NCBI RefSeq assembly: GCF_009914755.1
Contig: NC_060943.1
Length of the DNA stretch: 64,000 nt
Reading direction: 5' to 3' (one strand)
Source of the DNA: the human T2T-CHM13v2.0 reference genome, Homo sapiens
Under the pieces are notes generated by a model, which worked only from the letters and a program-made list of their open reading frames with translations, made no database searches and was not told where the DNA came from. Of the stretch, positions 25,416 through 39,400 are shown piece by piece (position 1 is the first letter of the stretch; each line of letters opens with the position of its first letter). The position numbers and the translations under genes were made by a program.

Positions 25416-28400
25416 ATGATTCTCAGAAACTCCTTTGTGATGTGTGCGTTCAACTCACAGAGTTTAACCTTTCTTTTCATAGAGCAGTTAGGAAACACTC
25501 TGTTTGTAAAGTCTGCAAGTGGATATTCAGACATCTTTGAGGCCTTCGTTGGAAACGGGATTTCTTCATGTTCTGCTAGACAGAAGAATTCTCAGAAACT
25601 TCCTTGTGTTGTGTGTTTTCAACTCACAGAGTTGAACGATGCTTTACACAGAGTAGACTTGAAACACTCTTTTTGTGTAATTTGCAAGTGGAGATTTCAG
25701 CCGCTTTGAGGTCAATGGTAGAAAAGGAAATATCTTCGTATAAAAACTAGACAGAATGATTCTCAGAAACTCCTTTGTGATGTGTGCGTTCAACTCACAG
25801 AGTTTAACCTTTCTTTTCATAGAGCAGTTAGGAAACACTCTGTTTGTAAAGTCTGCAAGTGGATATTCAGACCTCCTTGAGGCCTTCGTTGGAAACGGGA
25901 TTTCTTCATATTATGCTAGACAGAAGAATTCTCAGTAACTGCCTTGTGTTGTGTGTATTCAACTCACAGAGTTGAACGATCCTTTACACAGAGCAGACTT
26001 GAAACACTCTTTTTGTGGAATTTGCAAGTGGAGATTTCAGCCGCTTTGAGGTCAATGGTAGAATAGGAAATATCTTCATATAGAAACTAGACAGAATGAT
26101 TCTCAGAAACTCCTTTGTGATGTGTGCGTTCAACTCACACAGTTTAACCTTTCTTTTCATAGAGCAGTTAGGAAACACTCTGTTTGTAAAGTCTGCAAGT
26201 GGATATTCAGACCTCCTTGAGGCATTCGTTGGAAACGGGATTTCTTCATATTATGCTAGACAGAAGAATTCTCAGTAACTTCCTTGTGTTGTGTGTATTC
26301 AACTCACAGAGTTGAACGATCCTTTACACAGAGCAGACTTGAAACACTCTTTTTGTGGAATTTGCAAGTGGAGATTTCAGCCGCTTTGAGTTCAATGGTA
26401 GAATAGGAAATATCTTCCTATAGAAACTAGACAGAATGATTCTCAGAAACTCCTTTGTGATGTGTGCGTTCAACTCACAGAGTTCAACCTTTCTTTTCAT
26501 AGAGCAGTTGGGAAACACTCTGTTTGTAAAGTCTGTAAGTGGATATTCAGACTTCTTTGAGGCCTTCGTTGGAAGCGGGATTTCTTCATGTTCAGCTAGA
26601 CAGAAGAATTCTCAGAAACTTCCTTGTGTTGTGTGTTTTCAACTCACAGAGTTGAACGATCCTTTACACAGAGCAGACTTGAAACACTCCTTTTGTGGAA
26701 TTTGCAAGTGGAGATTTCAGCCGCTTTGAGGTCAATGGTAGAATAGGAAATATCTTCCTATAGAAACTAGACAGAATGATTCTCAGAAACTCCTTTGTGA
26801 TGTGTGCGTTCAACTCACAGAGTTTAACCTTTCTTTTCATAGAGCAGTTAGGAAACACTCTGTTTGTAAAGTCTGCAAGTGGATATTCAGACATCCTTGA
26901 GGCTTTCGTTGGAAACGGGATTTCTTCATATTCTGCTAGAAAGAAGAATTCTCAGTAACTTCCTTGTGTTGTGTGTATTCAACTCACAGAGTTGAACGAT
27001 CCTTTACACAGAGCAGACTTGAAACACTCTTTTTGTGGAATTTGCAAGTGGAGATTTCAGCCGCTTTGAGTTCAATGGTAGAATAGGAAATATCTTCCTA
27101 TAGAAACTAGACAGAATGATTCTCAGAAACTCCTTTGTGATGTGTGCGTTCAACTCACAGAGTTTAACCTTTCTTTTCATAGAGCAGTTGGGAAACACTC
27201 TGTTTGTAAAGTCTGCAAGTGGATATTCAGACATCCTTGAGGCTTTCGTTGGAAACGGGATTTCTTCATATTCTGCTAGAAAGAAGAATTCTCAGTAACT
27301 TCCTTGTGTTGTGTGTATTCAACTCACAGAGTTGAACGATCCTTTACACAGAGCAGACTTGAAACACTCTTTTTGTGGAATTTGCAAGTGGAGATTTCAG
27401 CCGCTTTGAGTTCAATGGTAGAATAGGAAATATCTTCCTATAGAAACTAGACAGAATGATTCTCAGAAACTCCTTTGTGATGTGTGCGTTCAACTCACAG
27501 AGTTCAACCTTTCTTTTAATAGAGCAGTTGGGAAACACTCTGTTTGTAAATTCTGCAAGTGGATATTCAGACTTCTTTGAGGCCTTCGTTGGAAGCGGGA
27601 TTTCTTCATATTCTGCTAGACAGAAGAATTCTCAGTAACCTCCTTGTGTTGTGTGTATTCAACTCACAGAGTTGAACGACGCTTTACACAGAGCAGACTT
27701 GAAACACTCTTTTTGTGGAATTTGCAAGTGGAGATTTCAGCCGCTTTGAGGTCAATGGTAGAATAGGAAATATCTTCCTATAGAAACTAGACAGAATGAT
27801 TCTCAGAAACTCCTTTGTGATGTGTGCGTTCAACTCACAGAGTTTAACCTTTCTTTTCATAGAGCAGTTAGGAAACACTCTGTTTGTAAAGTCTGCAAGT
27901 GGATATTCAGACATCCTTGAGGCTTTCGTTGGAAACGGGATTTCTTCATGTTCTGCTAGACAGAAGAATTCTCAGTAACTGCCTTGTGTTGTGTGTATTC
28001 AACTCACAGAGTTGAACGATCCTTTACACAGAGCAGACTTGAAACACTCCTTTTGTGGAATTTGCAAGTGGAGATTTCAGCCGCTTTGAGGTCAATGGTA
28101 GAATAGGAAATATCTTCCTATAGAAACTAGACAGAATGATTCTCAGAAACTCCTTTGTGATGTGTTCGTTCAACTCACAGAGTTTAACCTTTCTTTTCAT
28201 AGAGCAGTTAGGAAACACTCTGTTTGTAAAGTCTGCAAGTGGATATTCAGACATCCTTGAGGCTTTCGTTGGAAACGGGATTTCTTCATATTCTGCTAGA
28301 AAGAAGAATTCTCAGTAACTTCCTTGTGTTGTGTGTATTCAGCTCACAGAGTTGAACGATCCTTTACACAGAGCAGACTTGAAACACTCTTTTTGTGGAA

Positions 28401-30400
28401 TTTGCAAGTGGAGATTTCAGCCGCTTTGAGGTCAATGGTAGAATAGGAAATATCTTCCTATAGAAACTAGACAGAATGATTCTCAGAAACTCCTTTGTGA
28501 TGTGTGCGTTCAACTCACAGAGTTTAACCTTTCTTTTCATAGAGCAGTTAGGAAACACTCTGTTTGTAAAGTCTGCAAGTGGATATTCAGACCTCCTTGA
28601 GGCCTTCGTTGGAAACGGGATTTCTTCATATTATGCTAGACAGAAGAATTCTCAGTAACTTCCTTGTGTTGTGTGTATTCAACTCACAGAGTTGAACGAT
28701 CCTTTACACAGAGCAGACTTGAAACACTCTTTTTGTGGAATTTGCAAGTGGAGATTTCAGCCGCTTTGAGGTCAATGGTAGAATAGGAAATATCTTCCTA
28801 TAGAAACTAGACAGAATGATTCTCAGAAACTCCTTTGTGATGTGTGCGTTCAACTCACAGAGTTCAACCTTTCTTTTCATAGAGCAGTTGGGAAACACTC
28901 TGTTTGTAAAGTCTGCAAGTGGATATTCAGACTTCTTTGAGGCCTTCGTTGGAAGCGGGATTTCTTCATATTCTGCTAGACAGAAGAATTCTCAGTAACT
29001 GCCTTGTGTTGTGTGTATTCAACTCACAGAGTTGAACGATCCTTTACACAGAGCAGACTTGAAACACTCTTTTTGTGGAATTTGCAAGTGGAGATTTCAG
29101 CCGCTTTGAGGTCAATGGTAGAATAGGAAATATCTTCCTATAGAAACTAGACAGAATGATTCTCAGAAACTCCTTTGTGATGTGTGCGTTCAACTCACAC
29201 AGTTTAACCTTTCTTTTCATAGAGCAGTTAGGAAACACTCTGTTTGTAAAGTCTGCAAGTGGATATTCAGACCTCCTTGAGGCCTTCGTTGGAAACGGGA
29301 TTTCTTCATATTATGCTAGACAGAAGAATTCTCAGTAACTTCCTTGTGTTGTGTGTATTCAACTCACAGAGTTGAACGATCCTTTACACAGAGCAGACTT
29401 GAAACACTCTTTTTGTGGAATTTGCAAGTGGAGATTTCAGCCGCTGTGAGGTCAATGGTAGAATAGGAAATATCTTCCTATAGAAACTAGACAGAATGAT
29501 TCTCAGAAACTCCTTTGTGATGTGTGCGTTCAACTCACAGAGTTCAACCTTTCTTTTCATAGAGCAGTTGGGAAACACTCTGTTTGTAAAGTCTGCAAGT
29601 AGATATTCAGACTTCTTTGAGGCCTTCGTTGGAAGCGGGATTTCTTCATATTCTGCTAGACAGAAGAATTCTCAGAAACTTCCTTGTGTTGTGTGTTTTC
29701 AACTCACAGAGATGAACGATCCTTTACACAGAGCAGACTTGAAACACTCCTTTTGTGGAATTTGCAAGTGGAGATTTCAGCCGCTTTGAGGTCAATGGTA
29801 GAATAGGAAATATCTTCCTATAGAAAGTAGACAGAATGATTCTCAGAAACTCCTTTGTGATGTGTGCGTTCAACTCACAGAGTTTAACCTTTCTTTTCAT
29901 AGAGCAGTTAGGAAACACTCTGTTTGTAAAGTCTGCCAGTGGATATTCAGACATCCTTGAGGCCTTCGTTGGAAACGGGATTTCTTCATATTATGCTAGA
30001 CAGAAGAATTCTCAGTAACTTCCTTGTGTTGTGTGTATTCAACTCACAGAGTTGAACGATCCTTTACACAGAGCAGACTTGAAACACTCTTTTTGTGGAA
30101 TTTGCAAGTGGAGATTTCAGCCGCTTTGAGTTCAATGGTAGAATAGGAAATATCTTCCTATAGAAACTAGACAGAATGATTCTCAGAAACTCCTTTGTGA
30201 TGTGTGCGTTCAACTCACAGAGTTCAACCTTTCTTTTCATAGAGCAGTTGGGAAACACTCTGTTTGTACAGTCTGCAAGTGGATATTCAGACTTCTTTGA
30301 GGCCTTCGTTGGAAGCGGGATTTCTTCATATTCTGCTAGACAGAAGAATTCTCAGTAACTGCCTTGTGTTGTGTGTATTCAACTCACAGAGTTGAACGAT
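25416..30400 (+). repeat. Block duplication copy B (15 dimers), paralogous to 15222-20880
   Basis: Same private SNP series at offset 10194, switching to offset 9514 after ~28.6 kb (two dimers fewer). Confidence 0.9.
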
Positions 30401-33400
30401 CCTTTACACAGAGCAGACTTGAAACACTCTTTTTGTGGAATTTGCAAGTGGAGATTTCAGCCGCTTTGAGGTCAATGGTAGAATAGGAAATATCTTCCTA
30501 TAGAAACTAGACAGAATGATTCTCAGAAACTCCTTTGTGATGTGTGCGTTCAACTCACAGAGTTTAACCTTTCTTTTCATAGAGCAGTTGGGAAACACTC
30601 TGTTTGTAAAGTCTGCAAGTGGATATTCAGACATCCTTGAGGCTTTCGTTGGAAACGGGATTTCTTCATATTCTGCTAGAAAGAAGAATTCTCAGTATCT
30701 TCCTTGTGTTGTGTGTATTCAACTCACAGAGTTGAACGATCCTTTACACAGAGCAGACTTGAAACACTCTTTTTGTGGAATTTGCAAGTGGAGATTTCAG
30801 CCGCTTTGAGGTCAATGGTAGAATAGGAAATATCTTCCTATAGAAACTAGACAGAATGATTCTCAGAAACTCCTTTGTGATGTGTGCGTTCAACTCACAG
30901 AGTTTAACCTTTCTTTTCATAGAGCAGTTGGGAAACACTCTGTTTGTAAAGTCTGCAAGTGGATATTCAGACATCCTTGAGGCTTTCGTTGGAAACGGGA
31001 TTTCTTCATATTCTGCTAGAAAGAAGAATTCTCAGTAACTTCCTTGTGTTGTGTGTATTCAACTCACAGAGTTGCACGATCCTTTACACAGAGCAGACTT
31101 GAAACACTCTTTTTGTGGAATTTGCAAGTGGAGATTTCAGCCGCTTTGAGTTCAATGGTAGAATAGGAAATATCTTCCTATAGAAACTAGACAGAATGAT
31201 TCTCAGAAACTCCTTTGTGATGTGTGCGTTCAACTCACAGAGTTCAACCTTTCTTTTCATAGAGCAGTTGGGAAACACTCTGTTTGTAAAGTCTGCAAGT
31301 GGATATTCAGACTTCTTTGAGGCCTTCGTTGGAAGCGGGATTTCTTCATGTTCTGCTAGACAGAAGAATTCTCAGAAACTTCCTTGTGTTGTGTGTTTTC
31401 AACTCACAGAGTTGAACGATCCTTTACACAGAGCAGACTTGAAACACTCCGTTTGTGGAATTTGCAAGTGGAGATTTCAGCCGCTTTGAGGTCAATGGTA
31501 GAATAGGAAATATCTTCCTATAGAAACTAGACAGAATGGTTCTGAGAAATCCTTTGTGAGGTGTGCGTTCAACTCACAGAGTTTAACCTTTCTTTTCATA
31601 GAGCAGTTAGGAAACACTCTGTTTTTAAAGTCTTCAAGTGGATATTCAGACCTCCTTGAGGCCTTCGTTGGAAACGGGATTTCTTCATATTATGCTAGAC
31701 AGAGGAATTCTCAGGAACTTCCTTGTGTTGTGTGTATTCAACTCACAGAGTTGAACGATCCTTTACACAGAGCAGACTTGAAACACTCTTTTTGTGGAAT
31801 TTGCAAGTGGAGATTTCAGCCGCTTTGAGTTCAATGGTAGAATAGGAAATATCTTCCTATAGAAAGTACACAGAATGATTCTCAGAAACTGCTTTGTGAT
31901 GTGTGCGTTCAACTCACAGAGTTCAACCTTTCTTTTCATAGAGCAGTTGGGAAACACTCTGTTTGTAAAGTCTGCAAGTGGATATTCAGACTTCTTTGAG
32001 GCCTTCGTTGGAAGCGGGATTTCTTCATATTCTGCTAGACAGAAGAATTCTCAGTAACTGCCTTGTGTTGTGTGTATTCAACTCACAGAGTTGAACGATG
32101 CTTTACACAGAGCAGACTTGAAACACTCTTTTTGTGGAATTTGCAAGTGGAGATTTCAGCCGCTTTGAGGTCAATGGTAGAATAGGAAATATCTTCCTAT
32201 AGAAACTAGACAGAATGATTCTCAGAAACTCCTTTGTGATGTGTGCGTTCAACTCACAGAGTTTAACCTTTCTTTTCATAGAGCAGTTAGGAAACACTCT
32301 GTTTGTAAAGTCTGCAAGTGGATATTCAGACATCCTTGAGGCTTTCGTTGGAAACGGGATTTCTTCATATTCTGCTAGAAAGAAGAATTCTCAGTAACTT
32401 CCTTGTGTTGTGTGTATTCAACTCACAGAGTTGAACGATCCTTTACACAGAGCAGACTTGAAACACTCTTTTTGTGGAATTTGCAAGTGGTGATTTCAGC
32501 CGCTTTGAGGTCAATGGTAGAATAGGAAATATCTTCCTATAGAAACTAGACAGAATGATTCTCAGAAACTCCTTTGTGATGTGTGCGTTCAACTCACAGA
32601 GTTTAACCTTTCTTTTCATAGAGCAGTTAGGAAACACTCTGTTTGTAAAGTCTGCAAGTGGATATTCAGACCTCCTTGAGGCCTTCGTTGGAAACGGGAT
32701 TTCTTCATATTATGCTAGACAGAAGAATTCTCAGTAACTTCCTTGTGTTGTGTGTATTCAACTCACAGAGTTGAACGATCCTTTACACAGAGCAGACTTG
32801 AAACACTCTTTTTGTGGAATTTGCAAGTGGAGATTTCAGCCGCTTTGAGGTCAATGGTAGAATAGGAAATATCTTCCTATAGAAACTAGACAGAATGATT
32901 CTCAGAAACTCCTTTGTGATGTGTGCGTTCAACTCACACAGTTTAACCTTTCTTTTCATAGAGCAGTTAGGAAACACTCTGTTTGTAAAGTCTGCAAGTG
33001 GATATTCAGACATCCTTGAGGCTTTCGTTGGAAACGGGATTTCTTCATGTTCTGCTAGACAGAAGAATTCTCAGTAACTTCCTTGTGTTGTGTGTATTCA
33101 ACTCACAGAGTTGAACGATCCTTTACACAGAGCAGACTTGAAACACTCTTTTTGTGGAATTTGCAAGTGGAGATTTCAGCCGCTTTGAGGTCAATGGTAG
33201 AATAGGAAATATCTTCCTATAGAAACTAGACAGAATGATTCTCAGAAACTCCTTTGTGATGTGTGCGTTCAACTCACAGAGTTCAACCTTTCTTTTCATA
33301 GAGCAGTTGGGAAACACTCTGTTTGTAAAGTCTGCAAGTGGATATTCAGACTTCTTTGAGGCCTTCGTTGGAAGCGGGATTTCTTCATATTCTGCTAGAC

Positions 33401-36400
33401 AGAAGAATTCTCAGTAACTGCCTTGTGTTGTGTGTATTCAACTCACAGAGTTGAACGATCCTTTACACAGAGCAGACTTGAAACACTCTTTTTGTGGAAT
33501 TTGCAAGTGGAGATTTCAGCCGCTTTGACGTCAATGGTAGAATAGGAAATATCTTCCTATAGAAACTAGACAGAATGATTCTCAGAAACTCCTTTGTGAT
33601 GTGTGCGTTCAACTCACAGAGTTTAACCTTTCTTTTCATAGAGCAGTTAGGAAACACTCTGTTTGTAAAGTCTGCAAGTGGATATTCAGACCTCCTTGAG
33701 GCCTTCGTTGGAAACGGGATTTCTTCATATTATGCTAGACAGAAGAATTCTCAGTAACTTCCTTGTGTTGTGTGTATTCAACTCACAGAGTTGAACGATC
33801 CTTTACACAGAGCAGACTTGAAACACTCTTTTTGTGGAATTTGCAAGTGGAGATTTCAGCCGCTTTGAGGTCAATGGTAGAATAGGAAATATCTTCCTAT
33901 AGAAACTAGACAGAATGATTCTCAGAAACTCCTTTGTGATGTGTGCGTTCAACTCACAGAGTTCAACCTTTCTTTTCATAGAGCAGTTGGGAAACACTCT
34001 GTTTGTAAAGTCTGCAAGTGGATATTCAGACTTCTTTGAGGCCTTCGTTGGAAGCGGGATTTCTTCATATTCTGCTAGACAGAAGAATTCTCAGTAACTG
34101 CCTTGTGTTGTGTGTATTGAACTCACAGAGTTGAACGATCCTTTACACAGAGCAGACTTGAAACACTCTTTTTGTGGAATTTGCAAGTGGAGATTTCAGC
34201 CGCTTTGAGGTCAATGGTAGAATAGGAAATATCTTCCTATAGAAACTAGACAGAATGATTCTCAGAAACTCCTTTGTGATGTGTGCGTTCAACTCACACA
34301 GTTTAACCTTTCTTTTCATAGAGCAGTTAGGAAACACTCTGTTTGTAAAGTCTGCAAGTGGATATTCAGACCTCCTTGAGGCCTTCGTTGGAAACGGGAT
34401 TTCTTCATATTATGCTAGACAGAAGAATTCTCAGTAACTTCCTTGTGTTGTGTGTATTCAACTCACAGAGTTGAACGATCCTTTACACAGAGCAGACTTG
34501 AAACACTCTTTTTGTGGAATTTGCAAGTGGAGATTTCAGCCGCTTTGAGGTCAATGGTAGAATAGGAAATATCTTCCTATAGAAACTAGACAGAATGATT
34601 CTCAGAAACTCCTTTGTGATGTGTGCGTTCAACTCACAGAGTTCAACCTTTCTTTTCATAGAGCAGTTGTGAAACACTCTGTTTGTAAAGTCTGCAAGTG
34701 GATATTCAGACTTCTTTGAGGCCTTCGTTGGAAGCGGGATTTCTTCATATTCTGCTAGACAGAAGAATTCTCAGAAACTTCCTTGTGTTGTGTGTTTTCA
34801 ACTCACAGAGATGAACGATCCTTTACACAGAGCAGACTTGAAACACTCCTTTTGTGGAATTTGCAAGTGGAGATTTCAGCCGCTTTGAGGTCAATGGTAG
34901 AATAGGAAATATCTTCCTATAGAAAGTAGACAGAATGATTCTCAGAAACTCCTTTGTGATGTGTGCGTTCAACTCACAGAGTTTAACCTTTCTTTTCATA
35001 GAGCAGTTAGGAAACACTCTGTTTGTAAAGTCTGCCAGTGGATATTCAGACATCCTTGAGGCCTTCGTTGGAAACGGGATTTCTTCATATTATGCTAGAC
35101 AGAAGAATTCTCAGTAACTTCCTTGTGTTGTGTGTATTCAACTCACAGAGTTGAACGATCCTTTACACAGAGCAGACTTGAAACACTCTTTTTGTGGAAT
35201 TTGCAAGTGGAGATTTCAGCCGCTTTGAGTTCAATGGTAGAATAGGAAATATCTTCCTATAGAAACTAGACAGAATGATTCTCAGAAACTCCTTTGTGAT
35301 GTGTGCGTTCAACTCACAGAGTTCAACCTTTCTTTTCATAGAGCAGTTGGGAAACACTCTGTTTGTAAAGTCTGCAAGTGGATATTCAGACTTCGTTGAG
35401 GCCTTCGTTGGAAGCGGGATTTCTTCATATTCTGCTAGACAGAAGAATTCTCAGTAACTGCCTTGTGTTGTGTGTATTCAACTCACAGAGTTGAACGATC
35501 CTTTACACAGAGCAGACTTGAAACACTCTTTTTGTGGAATTTGCAAGTGGAGATTTCAGCCGCTTTGAGGTCAATGGTAGAATAGGAAATATCTTCCTAT
35601 ATAAACTAGACAGAATGATTCTCAGAAACTCCTTTGTGATGTGTGCGTTCAACTCACAGAGTTTAACCTTTCTTTTCATAGAGCAGTTAGGAAACACTCT
35701 GTTTGTAAAGTCTGCAAGTGGATATTCAGACATCCTTGAGGCTTTCGTTGGAAACGGGATTTCTTCATATTCTGCTAGAAAGAAGAATTCTCAGTAACTT
35801 CCTTGTGTTGTGTGTATTCAACTCACAGAGTTGAACGATCCTTTACACAGAGCAGACTTGAAACACTCTTTTTGTGGAATTTGCAAGTGGAGATTTCAGC
35901 CGCTTTGAGGTCAATGGTAGAATAGGAAATATCTTCCTATAGAAACTAGACAGAATGATTCTCAGAAACTCCTTTGTGATGTGTGCATTCAACTCACAGA
36001 GTTTAACCTTTCTTTTCATAGAGCAGTTGGGAAACACTCTGTTTGTAAAGTCTGCAAGTGGATATTCAGACATCCTTGAGGCTTTCGTTGGAAACGGGAT
36101 TTCTTCATATTCTGCTAGAAAGAAGAATTCTCAGTAACTTCCTTGTGTTGTGTGTATTCAACTCACAGAGTTGCACGATCCTTTACACAGAGCAGACTTG
36201 AAACACTCTTTTTGTGGAATTTGCAAGTGGAGATTTCAGCCGCTTTGAGTTCAATGGTAGAATAGGAAATATCTTCCTATAGAAACTAGACAGAATGATT
36301 CTCAGAAACTCCTTTGTGATGTGTGCGTTCAACTCACAGAGTTCAACCTTTCTTTTCATAGAGCAGTTGGGAAACACTCTGTTTGTAAAGTCTGCAAGTG

Positions 36401-39400
36401 GATATTCAGACTTCTTTGAGGCCTTCGTTGGAAGCGGGATTTCTTCATGTTCTGCTAGACAGAAGAATTCTCAGAAACTTCCTTGTGTTGTGTGTTTTCA
36501 ACTCACAGAGTTGAACGATCCTTTACACAGAGCAGACTTGAAACACTCCTTTTGTGGAATTTGCAAGTGGAGATTTCAGCCGCTTTGAGGTCAATGGTAG
36601 AATAGGAAATATCTTCCTATAGAAAGTAGACAGAATGATTCTCAGAAACTCCTTTGTGATGTGTGCGTTCAACTCACAGAGTTTAACCTTTCTTTTCATA
36701 GAGCAGTTAGGAAACACTCTGTTTGTAAAGTCTGCAAGTGGATATTCAGACCTCCTTGAGGCCTTCGTTGGAAGCGGGATTTCTTCATGTTCAGGTAGAC
36801 AGAAGAATTCTCAGAAACTTCCTTGTGTTGTGTGTTTTCAACTCACAGAGTTGAACGATCCTTTACACAGAGCAGACTTGAAACACTCCTTTTGTGGAAT
36901 TTGCAAGTGGAGATTTCAGCCGCTTTGAGGTCAATGGTAGAATAGGAAATATCTTCCTATAGAAACTAGACAGAATGGTTCTGAGAAATCCTTTGTGAGG
37001 TGTGCGTTCAACTCACAGAGTTTAACCTTTCTTTTCATAGAGCAGTTAGGAAACACTCTGTTTTTAAAGTCTTCAAGTGGATATTCAGACCTCCTTGAGG
37101 CCTTCGTTGGAAACGGGATTTCTTCATATTATGCTAGACAGAGGAATTCTCAGGAACTTCCTTGTGTTGTGTGTATTCAACTCACAGAGTTGAACGATCC
37201 TTTACACAGAGCAGACTTGAAACACTCTTTTTGTGGAATTTGCAAGTGGAGATTTCAGCCGCTTTGAGTTCAATGGTAGAATAGGAAATATCTTCCTATA
37301 GAAAGTACACAGAATGATTCTCAGAAACTGCTTTGTGATGTGTGCGTTCAACTCACAGAGTTCAACCTTTCTTTTCATAGAGCAGTTGGGAAACACTCTG
37401 TTTGTAAAGTCTGCAAGTGGATATTCAGACTTCTTTGAGGCCTTCGTTGGAAGCGGGATTTCTTCATATTCTGCTAGACAGAAGAATTCTCAGTAACTGC
37501 CTTGTGTTGTGTGTATTCAACTCACAGAGTTGAACGATCCTTTACACAGAGCAGACTTGAAACACTCTTTTTGTGGAATTTGCAAGTGGAGATTTCAGCC
37601 GCTTTGAGGTCAATGGTAGAATAGGAAATATCTTCCTATAGAAACTAGACAGAATGATTCTCAGAAACTCCTTTGTGATGTGTGCGTTCAACTCACAGAG
37701 TTTAACCTTTCTTTTCATAGAGCAGTTAGGAAACACTCTGTTTGTAAAGTCTGCAAGTGGATATTCAGACATCCTTGAGGCTTTCGTTGGAAACGGGATT
37801 TCTTCATATTCTGCTAGAAAGAAGAATTCTCAGTAACTTCCTTGTGTTGTGTGTATTCAACTCACAGAGTTGAACGATCCTTTACACAGAGCAGACTTGA
37901 AACACTCTTTTTGTGGAATTTGCAAGTGGAGATTTCAGCCGCTTTGAGGTCAATGGTAGAATAGGAAATATCTTCCTATAGAAACTAGACAGAATGATTC
38001 TCAGAAACTCCTTTGTGATGTGTGCGTTCAACTCACAGAGTTTAACCTTTCTTTTCATAGAGCAGTTAGGAAACACTCTGTTTGTAAAGTCTGCAAGTGG
38101 ATATTCAGACCTCCTTGAGGCCTTCGTTGGAAACGGGATTTCTTCATATTATGCTAGACAGAAGAATTCTCAGTAACTTCCTTGTGTTGTGTGTATTCAA
38201 CTCACAGAGTTGAACGATCCTTTACACAGAGCAGACTTGAAACACTCTTTTTGTGGAATTTGCAAGTGGAGATTTCAGCCGCTTTGAGGTCAATGGTAGA
38301 ATAGGAAATATCTTCCTATAGAAACTAGACAGAATGATTCTCAGAAACTCCTTTGTGATGTGTGCGTTCAACTCACACAGTTTAACCTTTCTTTTCATAG
38401 AGCAGTTAGGAAACACTCTGTTTGTAAAGTCTGCAAGTGGATATTCAGACCTCCTTGAGGCATTCGTTGGAAACGGGATTTCTACATATTATGCTAGACA
38501 GAAGAATTCTCAGTAACTTCCTTGTGTTGTGTGTATTCAACTCACAGAGTTGAACGATCCTTTACACAGAGCAGACTTGAAACACTCTTTTTGTGGATTT
38601 TGCAAGTGGAGATTTCAGCCGCTTTGAGTTCAATGGTAGAATAGGAAATATCTTCCTATAGAAACTAGACAGAATGATTCTCAGAAACTCCTTTGTGATG
38701 TGTGCGTTCAACTCACAGAGTTCAACCTTTCTTTTCATAGAGCAGTTGGGAAACACTCTGTTTGTAAAGTCTGCAAGTGGATATTCAGACTTCTTTGAGG
38801 CCTTCGTTGGAAGCGGGATTTCTTCATGTTCAGCTAGACAGAAGAATTCTCAGAAACTTCCTTGTGTTGTGTGTTTTCAACTCACAGAGTTGAACGATCC
38901 TTTACACAGAGCAGACTTGAAACACTCCTTTTGTGGAATTTGCAAGTGGAGATTTCAGCCGCTTTGAGGTCAATGGTAGAATAGGAAATATCTTCCTATA
39001 GAAACTAGACAGAATGATTCTCAGAAACTCCTTTGTGATGTGTGCGTTCAACTCACAGAGTTTAACCTTTCTTTTCATAGAGCAGTTAGGAAACACTCTG
39101 TTTGTAAAGTCTGCAAGTGGATATTCAGACATCCTTGAGGCTTTCGTTGGAAACGGGATTTCTTCATATTCTGCTAGAAAGAAGAATTCTCAGTAACTTC
39201 CTTGTGTTGTGTGTATTCAACTCACAGAGTTCAACGATCCTTTACACAGAGCAGACTTGAAACACTCTTTTTGTGGAATTTGCAAGTGGAGATTTCAGCC
39301 GCTTTGAGTTCAATGGTAGAATAGGAAATATCTTCCTATAGAAACTAGACAGAATGATTCTCAGAAACTCCTTTGTGATGTGTGCGTTCAACTCACAGAG

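Noticed and set aside
35391-35407. New TTCGTTG created just upstream of a box (possible second CENP-B box); similarly TTCG at ~17971 and ~28165
   Set aside because: The CGGG half of the core is lacking, so these are single SNPs only.
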